Assembly (NCBI GenBank): GCA_043756275.1 | Contig: JAYURJ010000227.1 | Coordinates: 208-64,207, forward strand | DNA: 64,000 bases | From: Betaproteobacteria bacterium | GTDB lineage: Bacteria; Pseudomonadota; Gammaproteobacteria; Burkholderiales; Usitatibacteraceae | Reading direction: 5' to 3' | Shown: in pieces, positions 49,467 through 58,512 of the stretch | Numbering within the stretch: position 1 is the stretch's first letter | Layout: each line of letters begins with the position of its first letter | Notes under the pieces: generated by a model | What the model was told of the DNA's origin: nothing | The model's database searches: none | What the model saw: the letters and a program-made list of their open reading frames with translations, nothing else | Translations under genes and position numbers: made by a program

Positions 49467-50150
49467 TCAAGGCATCGGCAGCGATGCAAACCACGCCACG
49501 ATATCGGGCCACCACGCTGCTTTGTAAATGAAGAATGTCGGCAACTGCATCAGCACAAAAGCGGCCAGCATCTTCGGGAATACGCGAACCGGCGAATTCC
49601 GGTCATTGATTGATAGCCAAAGCAGGATCGCGTCGACCAATGTATGGGTGATCATCTGCCCGGCACCAAAACCGACGCCAAAACGTACATCGATAATGCG
49701 GGCGAATACCGGGTCGACCATCGTGAGCGCTGCGCACATCATGTAGCGCATATGCAGCGCCGGCGTGCGGCGGTGAACGATGGCGAGCGCGTACGACAGC
49801 ACGAAAAGGATCAATAGCGCCACGACGACATAGGCGAAATAAAGCGTCTCTTTGTTGTACTGGCCCGCAGCTTTCAAAAGCGCCCCGTGTTCCACGACCA
49901 GCGCAGATATGACGATAAGCGGGGCCAATACATACGAAACCTTGCCAAGCGCCCGGTGCCAGATGCCGCGTCGGTCGCGAATCAGCCAGGCCTGTGCGAT
50001 TAACAGCAGACACCAAGCGAACAGGAGCGCGCCATGCGCATGTACCCGCCACGAGGCCATCTCCCCCATGCGGGTGAAGTAGGTCGGTCAGAAACCGATA
50101 ATGGCTGCAAGCAGGAATGCGACGAAAAAGAAGACGGCATTACGTGCCAT
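49467..50150 (-). pseudogene. multi-pass membrane protein interrupted by an in-frame TGA at codon 21
   Basis: ATG 50150 has a GAGGGA RBS and opens MARNAVFFFVAFLLAAIIGF-TGA(50088-50090)-PTYFTRMGEMASW..., which is in frame with the track ORF 49467..50069. Confidence 0.65.
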
Positions 50151-50488
50151 GGTGTCCCTCTGTCATTGTTTGATGCCAATCTGAACGCAGCGAAAGAAGA
50201 ATGCAAACATACTCTGATATTCAGAAAGAACGGGGTGGAAAATAGTGTCTGACCTTTACTCGATCGCGTCCGTGTCCCGATTGACGAGTGCTTGGGTTCG
50301 TTCGATTTCCAGCGCTCTGATGTATGTTGCTGTGGACATGGGTGGTTCGCTTGGATTTTCAGGGCAAGCGTCCGAAAGAAGCGCTAAAAAATAATGAACC
50401 CCAGCACTGGTGCGCCTTCACAGGCGCTATTGCTCCAAAGTCCGCGCCTGCGCTAAAGTATATTTAAAATTATCCATATCGAGAATAC

Positions 50489-51928
50489 TCAAGCCCCCCG
50501 ATGCTCCCCCAATTTCACAATCTTCATCGTATTCGTTCCGCCCGATTGCCCAATCGGCTCGCCCATCGTGATGACCACGATATCGCCTATCTGCGCCACA
50601 CCATTGTCAAGCAACACTTGTTCAGCCGCAATCATCAATTTCTCGCGATCGTGGCCTTCGTAGGCGAGCGTGAACGGCCGTACATCGCGCATTAGCGCCG
50701 TCTTCGTGAGGGTGCCGTCTTCGGGTGTAAGTGCGTAGATCGGCACGCCGGAATTAAGGCGCGACATCCACAACGCGGTGGAGCCAGATTGTGTGAGCGC
50801 GGCGATGCATTTCACTTTCAGGTGATGCGCCGTGAAAAGTGCGGCCATCGCAATCGACTGGTCAACGCGCGTAAACACGCGATCAAGAAATTCGCGGTCA
50901 AGTTTACTTTCAGCACTTTTCTCAGCTTCTTTGCAGACGCGCACCATCGCTTCTACTGCTTCGACCGGATAAGCACCTGAAGCCGATTCGGCGGAAAGCA
51001 TTACCGCATCAGTACCGTCGAGCACCGCGTTGGCTACGTCGGACACTTCCGCACGGGTTGGAATCGGTGACGTCACCATCGACTCCATCATCTGGGTGGC
51101 AGTGATGGTGAGCTTGTTCATTTCACGCGCCATGCGGATCATGCGTTTTTGCAGCGCAGGTACTGCCGCATCGCCCACTTCCACCGCCAGATCGCCGCGC
51201 GCAACCATGATGCCGTCGCAGGCTTTCATGATGTCGGTCAGCGCCTCGTTGGTCACCGCTTCCGAGCGCTCGATTTTTGCAATCAACAGCGCATGGCCGC
51301 CCGCCGCACGCATCAGCTCGCGCGCCATGTACATATCTGCACCGTTCTTCGGAAACGACACCGCCAGAAAGTCTGCCCCAATGGCGACCGCGGTCTTGAT
51401 GTCCTCCATGTCTTTGGACGTCAATGGCGGTGCGGTCAATCCGCCACCTTTGCGATTGATGCCCTTGTTGTTCGACAGCACGCCGCCAACTTGCACCTTG
51501 CATTCGATGCGGTTGCCGCGCACCGACATGACCTCGAAAACAATCAGGCCGTCGTTAAGTAACAGCACGTCTTTTGGTTTTACATCGCGCGCCAGCTCTT
51601 TGTAGTCGATGCCGACCTGCTTTTCGTCGCCCAGCGCGCAATCAGCATCGAGCACGAAGGTATCACCGGTTTTCAAGGTCACTTTGTTGTCCTTGAATTT
51701 GCCGACCCTGATTTTTGGCCCTTGCAGATCGGCAAGAATGCCGACAGTACGGCCAGCTTTTTTTGCCAGCGCACGAACCAGATTGGCGCGGGCAATGTGA
51801 TCCTCCGCTTTGCCGTGCGAAAAATTCATGCGCACCACATCGACGCCAGCTTTGATGAGCCGTTCCAGCACCTCCGTCGACGACGAGGCAGGGCCGAGAG
51901 TGGCAACGATTTTGGTGGCGCGTGACAT
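50489..51928 (-). CDS. pyk: pyruvate kinase
   Basis: 479 aa. The sequence includes KIVATLGPAS...VVRMNFSHG and MVARGDLAVE. Confidence 0.95.
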   Translation of the reverse strand: MSRATKIVATLGPASSSTEVLERLIKAGVDVVRMNFSHGKAEDHIARANLVRALAKKAGRTVGILADLQGPKIRVGKFKDNKVTLKTGDTFVLDADCALGDEKQVGIDYKELARDVKPKDVLLLNDGLIVFEVMSVRGNRIECKVQVGGVLSNNKGINRKGGGLTAPPLTSKDMEDIKTAVAIGADFLAVSFPKNGADMYMARELMRAAGGHALLIAKIERSEAVTNEALTDIMKACDGIMVARGDLAVEVGDAAVPALQKRMIRMAREMNKLTITATQMMESMVTSPIPTRAEVSDVANAVLDGTDAVMLSAESASGAYPVEAVEAMVRVCKEAEKSAESKLDREFLDRVFTRVDQSIAMAALFTAHHLKVKCIAALTQSGSTALWMSRLNSGVPIYALTPEDGTLTKTALMRDVRPFTLAYEGHDREKLMIAAEQVLLDNGVAQIGDIVVITMGEPIGQSGGTNTMKIVKLGEHRGA

Positions 51929-51991
51929 GACAGGTTTCCTTTTTCTGCGGTCTATTCCGCGATTACGGCAGCGTGAACGCGCTAGCAGCGA

Positions 51992-53185
51992 TCAACGATT
52001 GTTTTCCAGCGCGGCACGCTGTTCCAGAATTTCAACTGCAGGCAAAATTTTCCCTTCGAGAAATTCAAGGAATGCGCCGCCGCCAGTGGAGATGTACGAC
52101 ACTTGATCGCTGATGCCATATTTGGCGATGGCAGCCAGCGTATCGCCTCCACCCGCGATAGAGAATGCGTTTGAATCCGCGATCGCGCGCGCGACGGTTT
52201 CAGTACCATGGCCAAACTGATCGAATTCGAATACGCCAAGCGGGCCATTCCAGACGATGGTGCCAGCGTCTTTCATGATGCCTGCCAGTGTTGCCGCCGT
52301 TTGTGGGCCGATATCGAAAATCATGTCGTCGTCTACAACATCTTCCGCGCGTTTGGTGATGGCCCGTGTGGCAGCGGAAAACTCTTTACCGCAGACGACG
52401 TCGACTGGAATCGGCACAGCGGCGCCGCGTGCAGCCATCATATCGATAATGGCCTTCGCTTCATTGATCAACGCGGGCTCCGCCAGTGATTTGCCAATCG
52501 GCAAACCCATTGCCAGCAAAAATGTATTGGCGATACCACCGCCAACGACTAGCTGATCAACTTTTTGGGCCAGTGATTTCAGGATTGTCAGTTTTGTCGA
52601 TACCTTTGAACCTGCCACGATGGCGACCATCGGGCGCTTCGGCGTTTTGAGAGCTGCACCGAGTGCATCCAGTTCTGCCGCCAGCAAAGGGCCAGCGCAG
52701 GCAACGCGCGCGAATTTTGCGATGCCGTGCGTGGTTGCTTCTGCGCGGTGCGCGGTGCCGAATGCGTCGTTCGCATACACATCACACAACGCCGCCATTT
52801 TTTGTGCGAGCGCGTCGTCGTTTTTCTTCTCGCCCCTGTTGACGCGACAATTTTCTAGCAACACCAGATCACCCGGTGCAACAGTCACGCCGTCAAGCCA
52901 GTTCTCCAGCAGCGGTATTTCACGGCCCATCAGTTCGCTCATCCGCTTTGCAACGGGCGCGAGCGAATCATCAGGCTTGAATTCGCCCTCGGTCGGACGG
53001 CCCAAGTGCGATGTCACCATGACCGCAGCACCTTTATCGAGGGCGAATAGAATTGCCGGTATTGAGGCACGAATACGTGTGTCGTCGGTGATGTTGCCCG
53101 CATCATCCTGCGGCACGTTTAAGTCGGCGCGGATAAAGACGCGTTTATGCTGCAGGTCGAGATCGGTAAGCCGGTTAAATGCCAT
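51992..53185 (-). CDS. pgk: phosphoglycerate kinase
   Basis: 397 aa. The sequence includes [17 protein letters not shown] and [15 protein letters not shown]. Confidence 0.95.
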   Translation of the reverse strand: MAFNRLTDLDLQHKRVFIRADLNVPQDDAGNITDDTRIRASIPAILFALDKGAAVMVTSHLGRPTEGEFKPDDSLAPVAKRMSELMGREIPLLENWLDGVTVAPGDLVLLENCRVNRGEKKNDDALAQKMAALCDVYANDAFGTAHRAEATTHGIAKFARVACAGPLLAAELDALGAALKTPKRPMVAIVAGSKVSTKLTILKSLAQKVDQLVVGGGIANTFLLAMGLPIGKSLAEPALINEAKAIIDMMAARGAAVPIPVDVVCGKEFSAATRAITKRAEDVVDDDMIFDIGPQTAATLAGIMKDAGTIVWNGPLGVFEFDQFGHGTETVARAIADSNAFSIAGGGDTLAAIAKYGISDQVSYISTGGGAFLEFLEGKILPAVEILEQRAALENNR

Positions 53186-53241
53186 CGTGATTCCATTACG
53201 CCATCATTGGCCCGGAAAATGTCCGGCGCACACTTGCCCGT

Positions 53242-53775
53242 TTATTTGCTGCGACATTCATCCATTTGCTGAAGGGCGGCTTGCAGCAGATCAGCCCCTT
53301 GCTGAATTTTCTGCGAGGTTGTGTCCGCCGTGACACCCGTCTCTTTCTGGAAGCTGCTGAGCGCATCGATTGTGGCCGTCATGGCCGATTGCAGCGTTAT
53401 CCGTACCGCACCCATGCAGTCGTCGACTTCAATCGTATCCGCTTCACTTTTAAGCGCCTGGAGTTTCTTTAGCGGTGCTGCGATTTCGGAGCGGGGCGTA
53501 CCGCTCGCTTCAGCCAACGCAGCGCGCCAGCGCGTGCTGACGGCGCGCAGCGCGTCCACGTTACGCTGCCTGAGTTCGTTGGCGCGCCCCTTTTGATAAG
53601 CCTCGTCAACAGCTGCTTTTTGCGACGCAAGACGACCGGCAATGGCGCGGTCATCAGCGCGTGCCGCCTCGGACGCGCTCTCGACGCGCACTTCACTTTT
53701 TGGCGGCACGTCTGGCTTACAGCCCAATAGCGTGGCGGCCAACAGCATGGTGACCAAGCAAGAAATGGATTTCAT
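53242..53775 (-). CDS. hypothetical helical lipoprotein
   Basis: From ATG 53775 the sequence reads MKSISCLVTMLLAATLLGC (lipobox). It is 177 aa and Ala/Gln/Glu-rich. Confidence 0.6.
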   Translation of the reverse strand: MKSISCLVTMLLAATLLGCKPDVPPKSEVRVESASEAARADDRAIAGRLASQKAAVDEAYQKGRANELRQRNVDALRAVSTRWRAALAEASGTPRSEIAAPLKKLQALKSEADTIEVDDCMGAVRITLQSAMTATIDALSSFQKETGVTADTTSQKIQQGADLLQAALQQMDECRSK

Positions 53776-53785
53776 ATACCTCCCG

Positions 53786-54043
53786 TTACTGCAGATGATT
53801 GCTTGACGGGGTTCCGCCAGCGTTTGCGTCGGCAGCTTTCTTTCGCGCCAGTGTGTTTTTCCGCATTTGCAATTCGTCACAAAGTCTGCCTGCCGTGGTA
53901 ACGAACAAAAACGGAAAAATCGCATGCACCAGCGCCGCCACGCCACCAAGGGTCATTGTGATGCCGAATCGAAGTGCGAACACCAAATGCTCGACGTAAG
54001 TTTCATTCACACTTGTGGGGTGCGCCGTAAAGGGATTGGTCAT
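53786..54043 (-). CDS. small membrane protein (DUF6356-like, tentative)
   Basis: 85 aa. The pattern HP-S-ETY-EH..FA..F with one or two TM helices resembles DUF6356 as I remember it. Confidence 0.45.
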   Translation of the reverse strand: MTNPFTAHPTSVNETYVEHLVFALRFGITMTLGGVAALVHAIFPFLFVTTAGRLCDELQMRKNTLARKKAADANAGGTPSSNHLQ

Positions 54044-54053
54044 GCGGTCATCC

Positions 54054-54389
54054 TCACGCGGTTTCCGGCTCTGAAAATAATTTAAGCCCGATCACGCCCA
54101 GAACGATCAGCGAAATACAGGCAATGCGCGCCACTGATTTTGATTCCCCAAATAAAATCACGCCACCAATGGCCGCGCCGACGGCACCGATGCCCACCCA
54201 AACCGCGTAGCCGGTACCCACCGGAATGGATTTAAGCGCGATCGACAATAACCACACACTGGCACACATTGCGCCAATCGTCATCACCGACGCAACCGGC
54301 TTGGTGAATCCCTCGGTGTATCTGAGGCCAAGCGCCCAGACGACTTCAAGGCAACCTGCGACGATAAGGCAAAGCCATGGCGTGGACAT
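54054..54389 (-). CDS. sugE: SMR family transporter, SugE/Gdx (guanidinium exporter) subtype
   Basis: 111 aa with four TM helices. [18 protein letters not shown]...[18 protein letters not shown] closely follows E. coli SugE. Confidence 0.85.
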   Translation of the reverse strand: MSTPWLCLIVAGCLEVVWALGLRYTEGFTKPVASVMTIGAMCASVWLLSIALKSIPVGTGYAVWVGIGAVGAAIGGVILFGESKSVARIACISLIVLGVIGLKLFSEPETA

Positions 54390-54414
54390 GTTTGATGAAC
54401 TTAATGACTGCGAA

Positions 54415-55440
54415 TTATTTTGCCGCCATCAGTGCAACCGTGGTGTCGAGCATCCGGTTACTGAAGCCCCATTCGTTGTCGTACCAGCTCGTTACCTTGA
54501 CCAGACGACCTGAGACCTTTGTGAGTGTCGAATCGAACGTTGACGAATGCGAATCGTGATTAAAATCCACCGAAACCAAGGGGCCCGTGTTGTAAGCGAG
54601 AATGCCCTTCATGCCCGGCGTTTCAGAAGCCGCCTTCATGATCGCGTTCACTTCTTCGACCGTAGTGTCGCGCGCGGCGATGAACGTAAGATCAACGATG
54701 GACACATTGATGATTGGCACGCGAATCGCAAAGCCATCCAGCTTGCCATTAAGCTCCGGCATTACCAGACCGACTGCGGCAGCTGCACCGGTCTTGGTCG
54801 GGATCATGCTCATTGGGGCGGATCGTGCGCGGCGCAAATCTTCATGCATCACGTCGGTCAGCACCTGATCGTTGGTGTACGCATGCACGGTGGTCATCAA
54901 TCCGCTGACGACGCCGATCTTGTCGTGCAATGGCTTCACCAGCGGGGCCAGACAGTTGGTGGTGCAGGACGCATTCGAGATCACCGTCATCGCTTGCGTT
55001 AAAACGCCATGGTTTACACCGTAAACGACGGTCGCATCGACATCCTTGCCACCGGGGGCCGAGATGATCACTTTTTTAGCGCCACCCTTTAAGTGGGCGG
55101 AGGCCTTTTCTTTCGTCGTGAACAGGCCCGTACATTCCAGCACCACATCCACGTTCATTTCGCCCCATGGCAATTGTGCCGGGTCGCGCTGCGCAAATAC
55201 TTTGATCTTGTCGCCGGTACCGCCATTGGCAACAACCAAGGAATCGCCTTCGACCACGACAGTGCCGGGAAACTTGCCGTGCGCGGTGTCGTATCGCGTC
55301 AAATGGGCGTTGGTATCGACGGGGCCAAGATCGTTGATGGCAACGATCTGAATGTCATGTTTTTTATGGCCTTCGTAGTGGGCACGGAGAACGTTGCGGC
55401 CGATGCGACCGTAGCCATTGATGGCGACGCGGATGGTCAT
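54415..55440 (-). CDS. gap: type I glyceraldehyde-3-phosphate dehydrogenase
   Basis: From ATG 55440 the sequence reads [15 protein letters not shown]. The catalytic segment is [12 protein letters not shown]. Confidence 0.95.
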   Translation of the reverse strand: MTIRVAINGYGRIGRNVLRAHYEGHKKHDIQIVAINDLGPVDTNAHLTRYDTAHGKFPGTVVVEGDSLVVANGGTGDKIKVFAQRDPAQLPWGEMNVDVVLECTGLFTTKEKASAHLKGGAKKVIISAPGGKDVDATVVYGVNHGVLTQAMTVISNASCTTNCLAPLVKPLHDKIGVVSGLMTTVHAYTNDQVLTDVMHEDLRRARSAPMSMIPTKTGAAAAVGLVMPELNGKLDGFAIRVPIINVSIVDLTFIAARDTTVEEVNAIMKAASETPGMKGILAYNTGPLVSVDFNHDSHSSTFDSTLTKVSGRLVKVTSWYDNEWGFSNRMLDTTVALMAAK

Positions 55441-55553
55441 GTTGTCTTTCCTGCGAGCGGTTGGGGGAGTGGGACGCGGCCACAAATGCAGTGACCAATG
55501 CTGATTTTACCGCAATGCCACTTTTCGCCCAAATCCATTGCCCCTCACGCCGA

Positions 55554-55573
55554 CCCTCTCCCAGAGGAGAGGG
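55554..55573. repeat. short REP-like GC hairpin (CCCTCTCC-CAGA-GGAGAGGG)
   Basis: A perfect 8-bp stem with a 4-nt loop in the divergent gap/rdgB intergenic region. Its spurious translation in the track is LSQRRGRE. Confidence 0.5.
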
Positions 55574-55642
55574 AGAGAAATGCGGCGCGATGAGAAAGGA
55601 AATTGTCGCGCCGAAGCAATGGATGGCGCGATAATGGTGGCT

Positions 55643-56233
55643 ATGAAAAAAGTCGTTATTGCCTCCGGCAATGCCGGAAAACTGCGCGAATTTGCGGCGT
55701 TACTGGCATCGTTTAATTTTGACGCTGTGCCGCAGGCGGCCTTGGGCGTGACCGAGGCAGAGGAGCCGCACATTACCTTTGTCGAAAACGCACTCCTGAA
55801 AGCGCGCCACGCCTCGCTGGCGACAGGGCTACCGGCCTTGGCCGATGATTCAGGCATTTGTGCATGCGCCTTGGCTGGCGCGCCTGGGGTACGCTCAGCG
55901 AGGTACGCAGGGGAACCCGCCAATGACGCGCGCAATAACGCTAAGCTTGTCGCGGCGTTGGAATCACATGCAGACCATCGCGCCTTCTACTATTGCGCAT
56001 TGGTTTTTGTGACCCACGCCGATGATCCGCATCCGCTGATCGCCACCGGCCAATGGTTTGGCGAAGTCATCGCGACACCACGTGGCGGTCGCGGCTTTGG
56101 CTACGACCCGCACTTTCTGTTGGCCGAGCACGGCTGTACCGCTGCCGAGTTATCAGCCGAGATTAAAAACCGCGTCAGTCACCGTGGCAAAGCGATGCAG
56201 ATGCTTGCCGCCATGCTGCAGAATGTGCGGTGA
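55643..56233 (+). CDS. rdgB: RdgB/HAM1 non-canonical purine NTP pyrophosphatase
   Basis: From ATG 55643 the sequence reads MKKVVIASGNAGKLREF...FGYDP. It is 196 aa. Confidence 0.92.
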   Translation: MKKVVIASGNAGKLREFAALLASFNFDAVPQAALGVTEAEEPHITFVENALLKARHASLATGLPALADDSGICACALAGAPGVRSARYAGEPANDARNNAKLVAALESHADHRAFYYCALVFVTHADDPHPLIATGQWFGEVIATPRGGRGFGYDPHFLLAEHGCTAAELSAEIKNRVSHRGKAMQMLAAMLQNVR

Positions 56234-57469
56234 ATGACGATGCCGAACACCGCGCCAATGCTTGGCTTTGGATCGATTGTCGGCAGCGGAACACTACTAA
56301 CAACGCTGCCGCCACTGTCGCTCTACATCCATATTCCCTGGTGCGTGCGCAAATGTCCGTATTGCGATTTCAACAGCCACGAAGCATCCGGTGATGCACC
56401 GGAAAGACGTTATGTCGATGCCATTATTTCGGATCTGGATCATTCGTTGCCGAAAATCTGGGGCCGCCGTGTCTATTCGGTCTTCTTCGGCGGCGGCACG
56501 CCGAGCCTGTTTTCGGCACAGGCAATCGATGAAATTCTTGCCGCCGTCCGTGCGCGCGTAACGCTGGATGTCGAAGCCGAAATTACGCTGGAGGCCAATC
56601 CGGGCACGTTTGAGGCGGAGAAATTCCGGGGTTATCGGGAGGCTGGCGTAAATCGCCTGTCGATCGGCATTCAAAGCTTCAACGACCGGCAGTTGCAGGC
56701 GTTGGGACGAATTCACAATAGCGACGAGGCGCACCGCGCAATCAACATTGCACAGGCGAATTTTGACAATATCAATCTCGATGTCATGTTCGCTTTGCCC
56801 GGCCCGGACAACCGGCAAACCCTCGAAGAGTGTGAGCGCGATATAGACACTGCGCTGTCATTCGAGACCAAACATTTATCGATTTATCACCTCACGCTTG
56901 AAACAAATACACTGTTCCATCGCTTTCCACCAACGTTGCCGGACGACGAAGCGGCAGCCGATATGCAGGACATGATTGCGCAAAAATTAACGGGCGCTGG
57001 CTATGTCCACTATGAAACCTCGGCTTTTGCCAAGCCGGGGTGGGAGTGTCGTCACAATCTCAACTACTGGCGCTTCGGCGACTACCTCGGCATCGGTGCC
57101 GGTGCGCATGGAAAAATCTCTTACCCGGATCGTATCACTCGCGAGTCGAGATTCAAACAACCGGCCACCTTCATGGAAAACGCTATGGTGGGCATCGCGA
57201 TTCAGGAAGAAAAAACGGTGTCGCGTGCCGAGTTGCCGTTTGAGTTCATGCTCAATGCTTTACGGCTGACAGATGGCTTTGCGACGACACTGTTTACCGA
57301 ACGCACCGGTTTGCCGATCACGGTCATCAGCCGTCAACTGGACGCTGCTGAGGCGCGCGGTTTGATCACACGCAACATTAAAAATATTCAGCCGACCGAA
57401 AAAGGCCGGTTGTTCCTGAACGACCTGCTGGAAATGTTCTTGCCGGTGGATGAAGTTCGCGCGCCGTAG
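56234..57469 (+). CDS. hemW: radical SAM haem chaperone HemW (HemN-like)
   Basis: 411 aa with the CxxxCxxC cluster motif HIPWCVRKCPYCDFNS. It sits directly after rdgB, which is the usual pairing. Confidence 0.88.
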   Translation: MTMPNTAPMLGFGSIVGSGTLLTTLPPLSLYIHIPWCVRKCPYCDFNSHEASGDAPERRYVDAIISDLDHSLPKIWGRRVYSVFFGGGTPSLFSAQAIDEILAAVRARVTLDVEAEITLEANPGTFEAEKFRGYREAGVNRLSIGIQSFNDRQLQALGRIHNSDEAHRAINIAQANFDNINLDVMFALPGPDNRQTLEECERDIDTALSFETKHLSIYHLTLETNTLFHRFPPTLPDDEAAADMQDMIAQKLTGAGYVHYETSAFAKPGWECRHNLNYWRFGDYLGIGAGAHGKISYPDRITRESRFKQPATFMENAMVGIAIQEEKTVSRAELPFEFMLNALRLTDGFATTLFTERTGLPITVISRQLDAAEARGLITRNIKNIQPTEKGRLFLNDLLEMFLPVDEVRAP

Positions 57470-57490
57470 CGGGCGGCACGCGCCAACGAT

Positions 57491-58324
57491 TTACTTCGCG
57501 ACGCGTTTGTCGCGCTCAATCACCGCGTAGGCGGAATGATTGTGGATCGATTCAAAATTCTCTGATTCAACCACATAGGCCTCGATTCGCTCGTCGGCGT
57601 TCAACGCTGCGGCAACATCCCTCACCAAATCCTCAACAAACTTGGGATTGTCATACGCGCGTTCGGTAACGAATTTTTCATCGGGTCGTTTGAGAATGCC
57701 ATATAGCTCGGCAGAGGCCTGATCTTCTGCGATGCGTACCACGTCTTCAATTGTTATCGGCTCTGCACTGCGCACCGAGATGCTGATATGCGAACGCTGA
57801 TTATGTGCGCCGTAGGCGGATATTTCTTTTGAACACGGGCAAAGACTGGTCACGGGAACAGTTACCTTGGTGACGACCGTAGTGACACCGTTGCTGATTT
57901 CACCTGTCAACTGCACTTCAACATCGAGCAGCGACTTCACCCCGGAAACCGGTGCCGATTTTTCGATGAAATATGGGAATGCAATCTGGATGCGGCCCTC
58001 GGAGGCATCGAGCCGCTGCGCCATGCGTGTCAGCAGCGCACCAAAAGTCTGAATGGATAGCGCTGCATTATTGCTTTCGAGAATTTCCACGAACCTAGAC
58101 ATGTGAGTGCCTTTGACATCGTGCTGAAGTCGCACCGTCATGTCGAAGGTGGCCACGGTGTGTTTAATCTCGCCGTCCCCGCCCAACACACGGATCGGAT
58201 GCCGCAATGCTTTAATCCCTACACGATCAATCACAATTTTGCGGGCATCAGGCATGCCTTGCACATCTGCGATCTCGGCTGAAATCGGCGCGGTGATTGG
58301 TAGGAAACGATCTCGTTGATTCAT
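57491..58324 (-). CDS. folE2: GTP cyclohydrolase FolE2 (type IB)
   Basis: 277 aa from ATG 58324. The sequence includes [14 protein letters not shown] and [10 protein letters not shown]. Confidence 0.85.
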   Translation of the reverse strand: MNQRDRFLPITAPISAEIADVQGMPDARKIVIDRVGIKALRHPIRVLGGDGEIKHTVATFDMTVRLQHDVKGTHMSRFVEILESNNAALSIQTFGALLTRMAQRLDASEGRIQIAFPYFIEKSAPVSGVKSLLDVEVQLTGEISNGVTTVVTKVTVPVTSLCPCSKEISAYGAHNQRSHISISVRSAEPITIEDVVRIAEDQASAELYGILKRPDEKFVTERAYDNPKFVEDLVRDVAAALNADERIEAYVVESENFESIHNHSAYAVIERDKRVAK

Positions 58325-58455
58325 AACAAAAATTTCTCTGTTGAACGACGTTGGAGTATAGCCTTGGCGGCAATTTTGAGCAAAAAAGTGTTGCATTAGA
58401 GATGTGGGCGCGGCGGTCATTTTCAATTCACGATGGCTTAAACGCACTACATGCC

Positions 58456-58482
58456 AATGAAAGGGGCACCCGAAGGTGCCCC
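58456..58482 (-). terminator. intrinsic terminator after amtB
   Basis: On the minus strand the hairpin is GGGGCACC-UUCG-GGUGCCCC (8-bp stem, UUCG loop), followed by UUUCAUU. It lies about 30 nt after the amtB stop. Confidence 0.55.
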
Positions 58483-58512
58483 ATCTTCAAACAAAAACCA
58501 AAATATTCGTGT

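Noticed and set aside
50385-50445. A candidate intrinsic terminator downstream of pyk: the GCGCCT-GTGA-AGGCGC hairpin at 50412-50427 plus an A/T run at 50386-50391.
   Set aside because: The U-tract lies about 20 nt from the hairpin, which is not canonical geometry. I left it unannotated.
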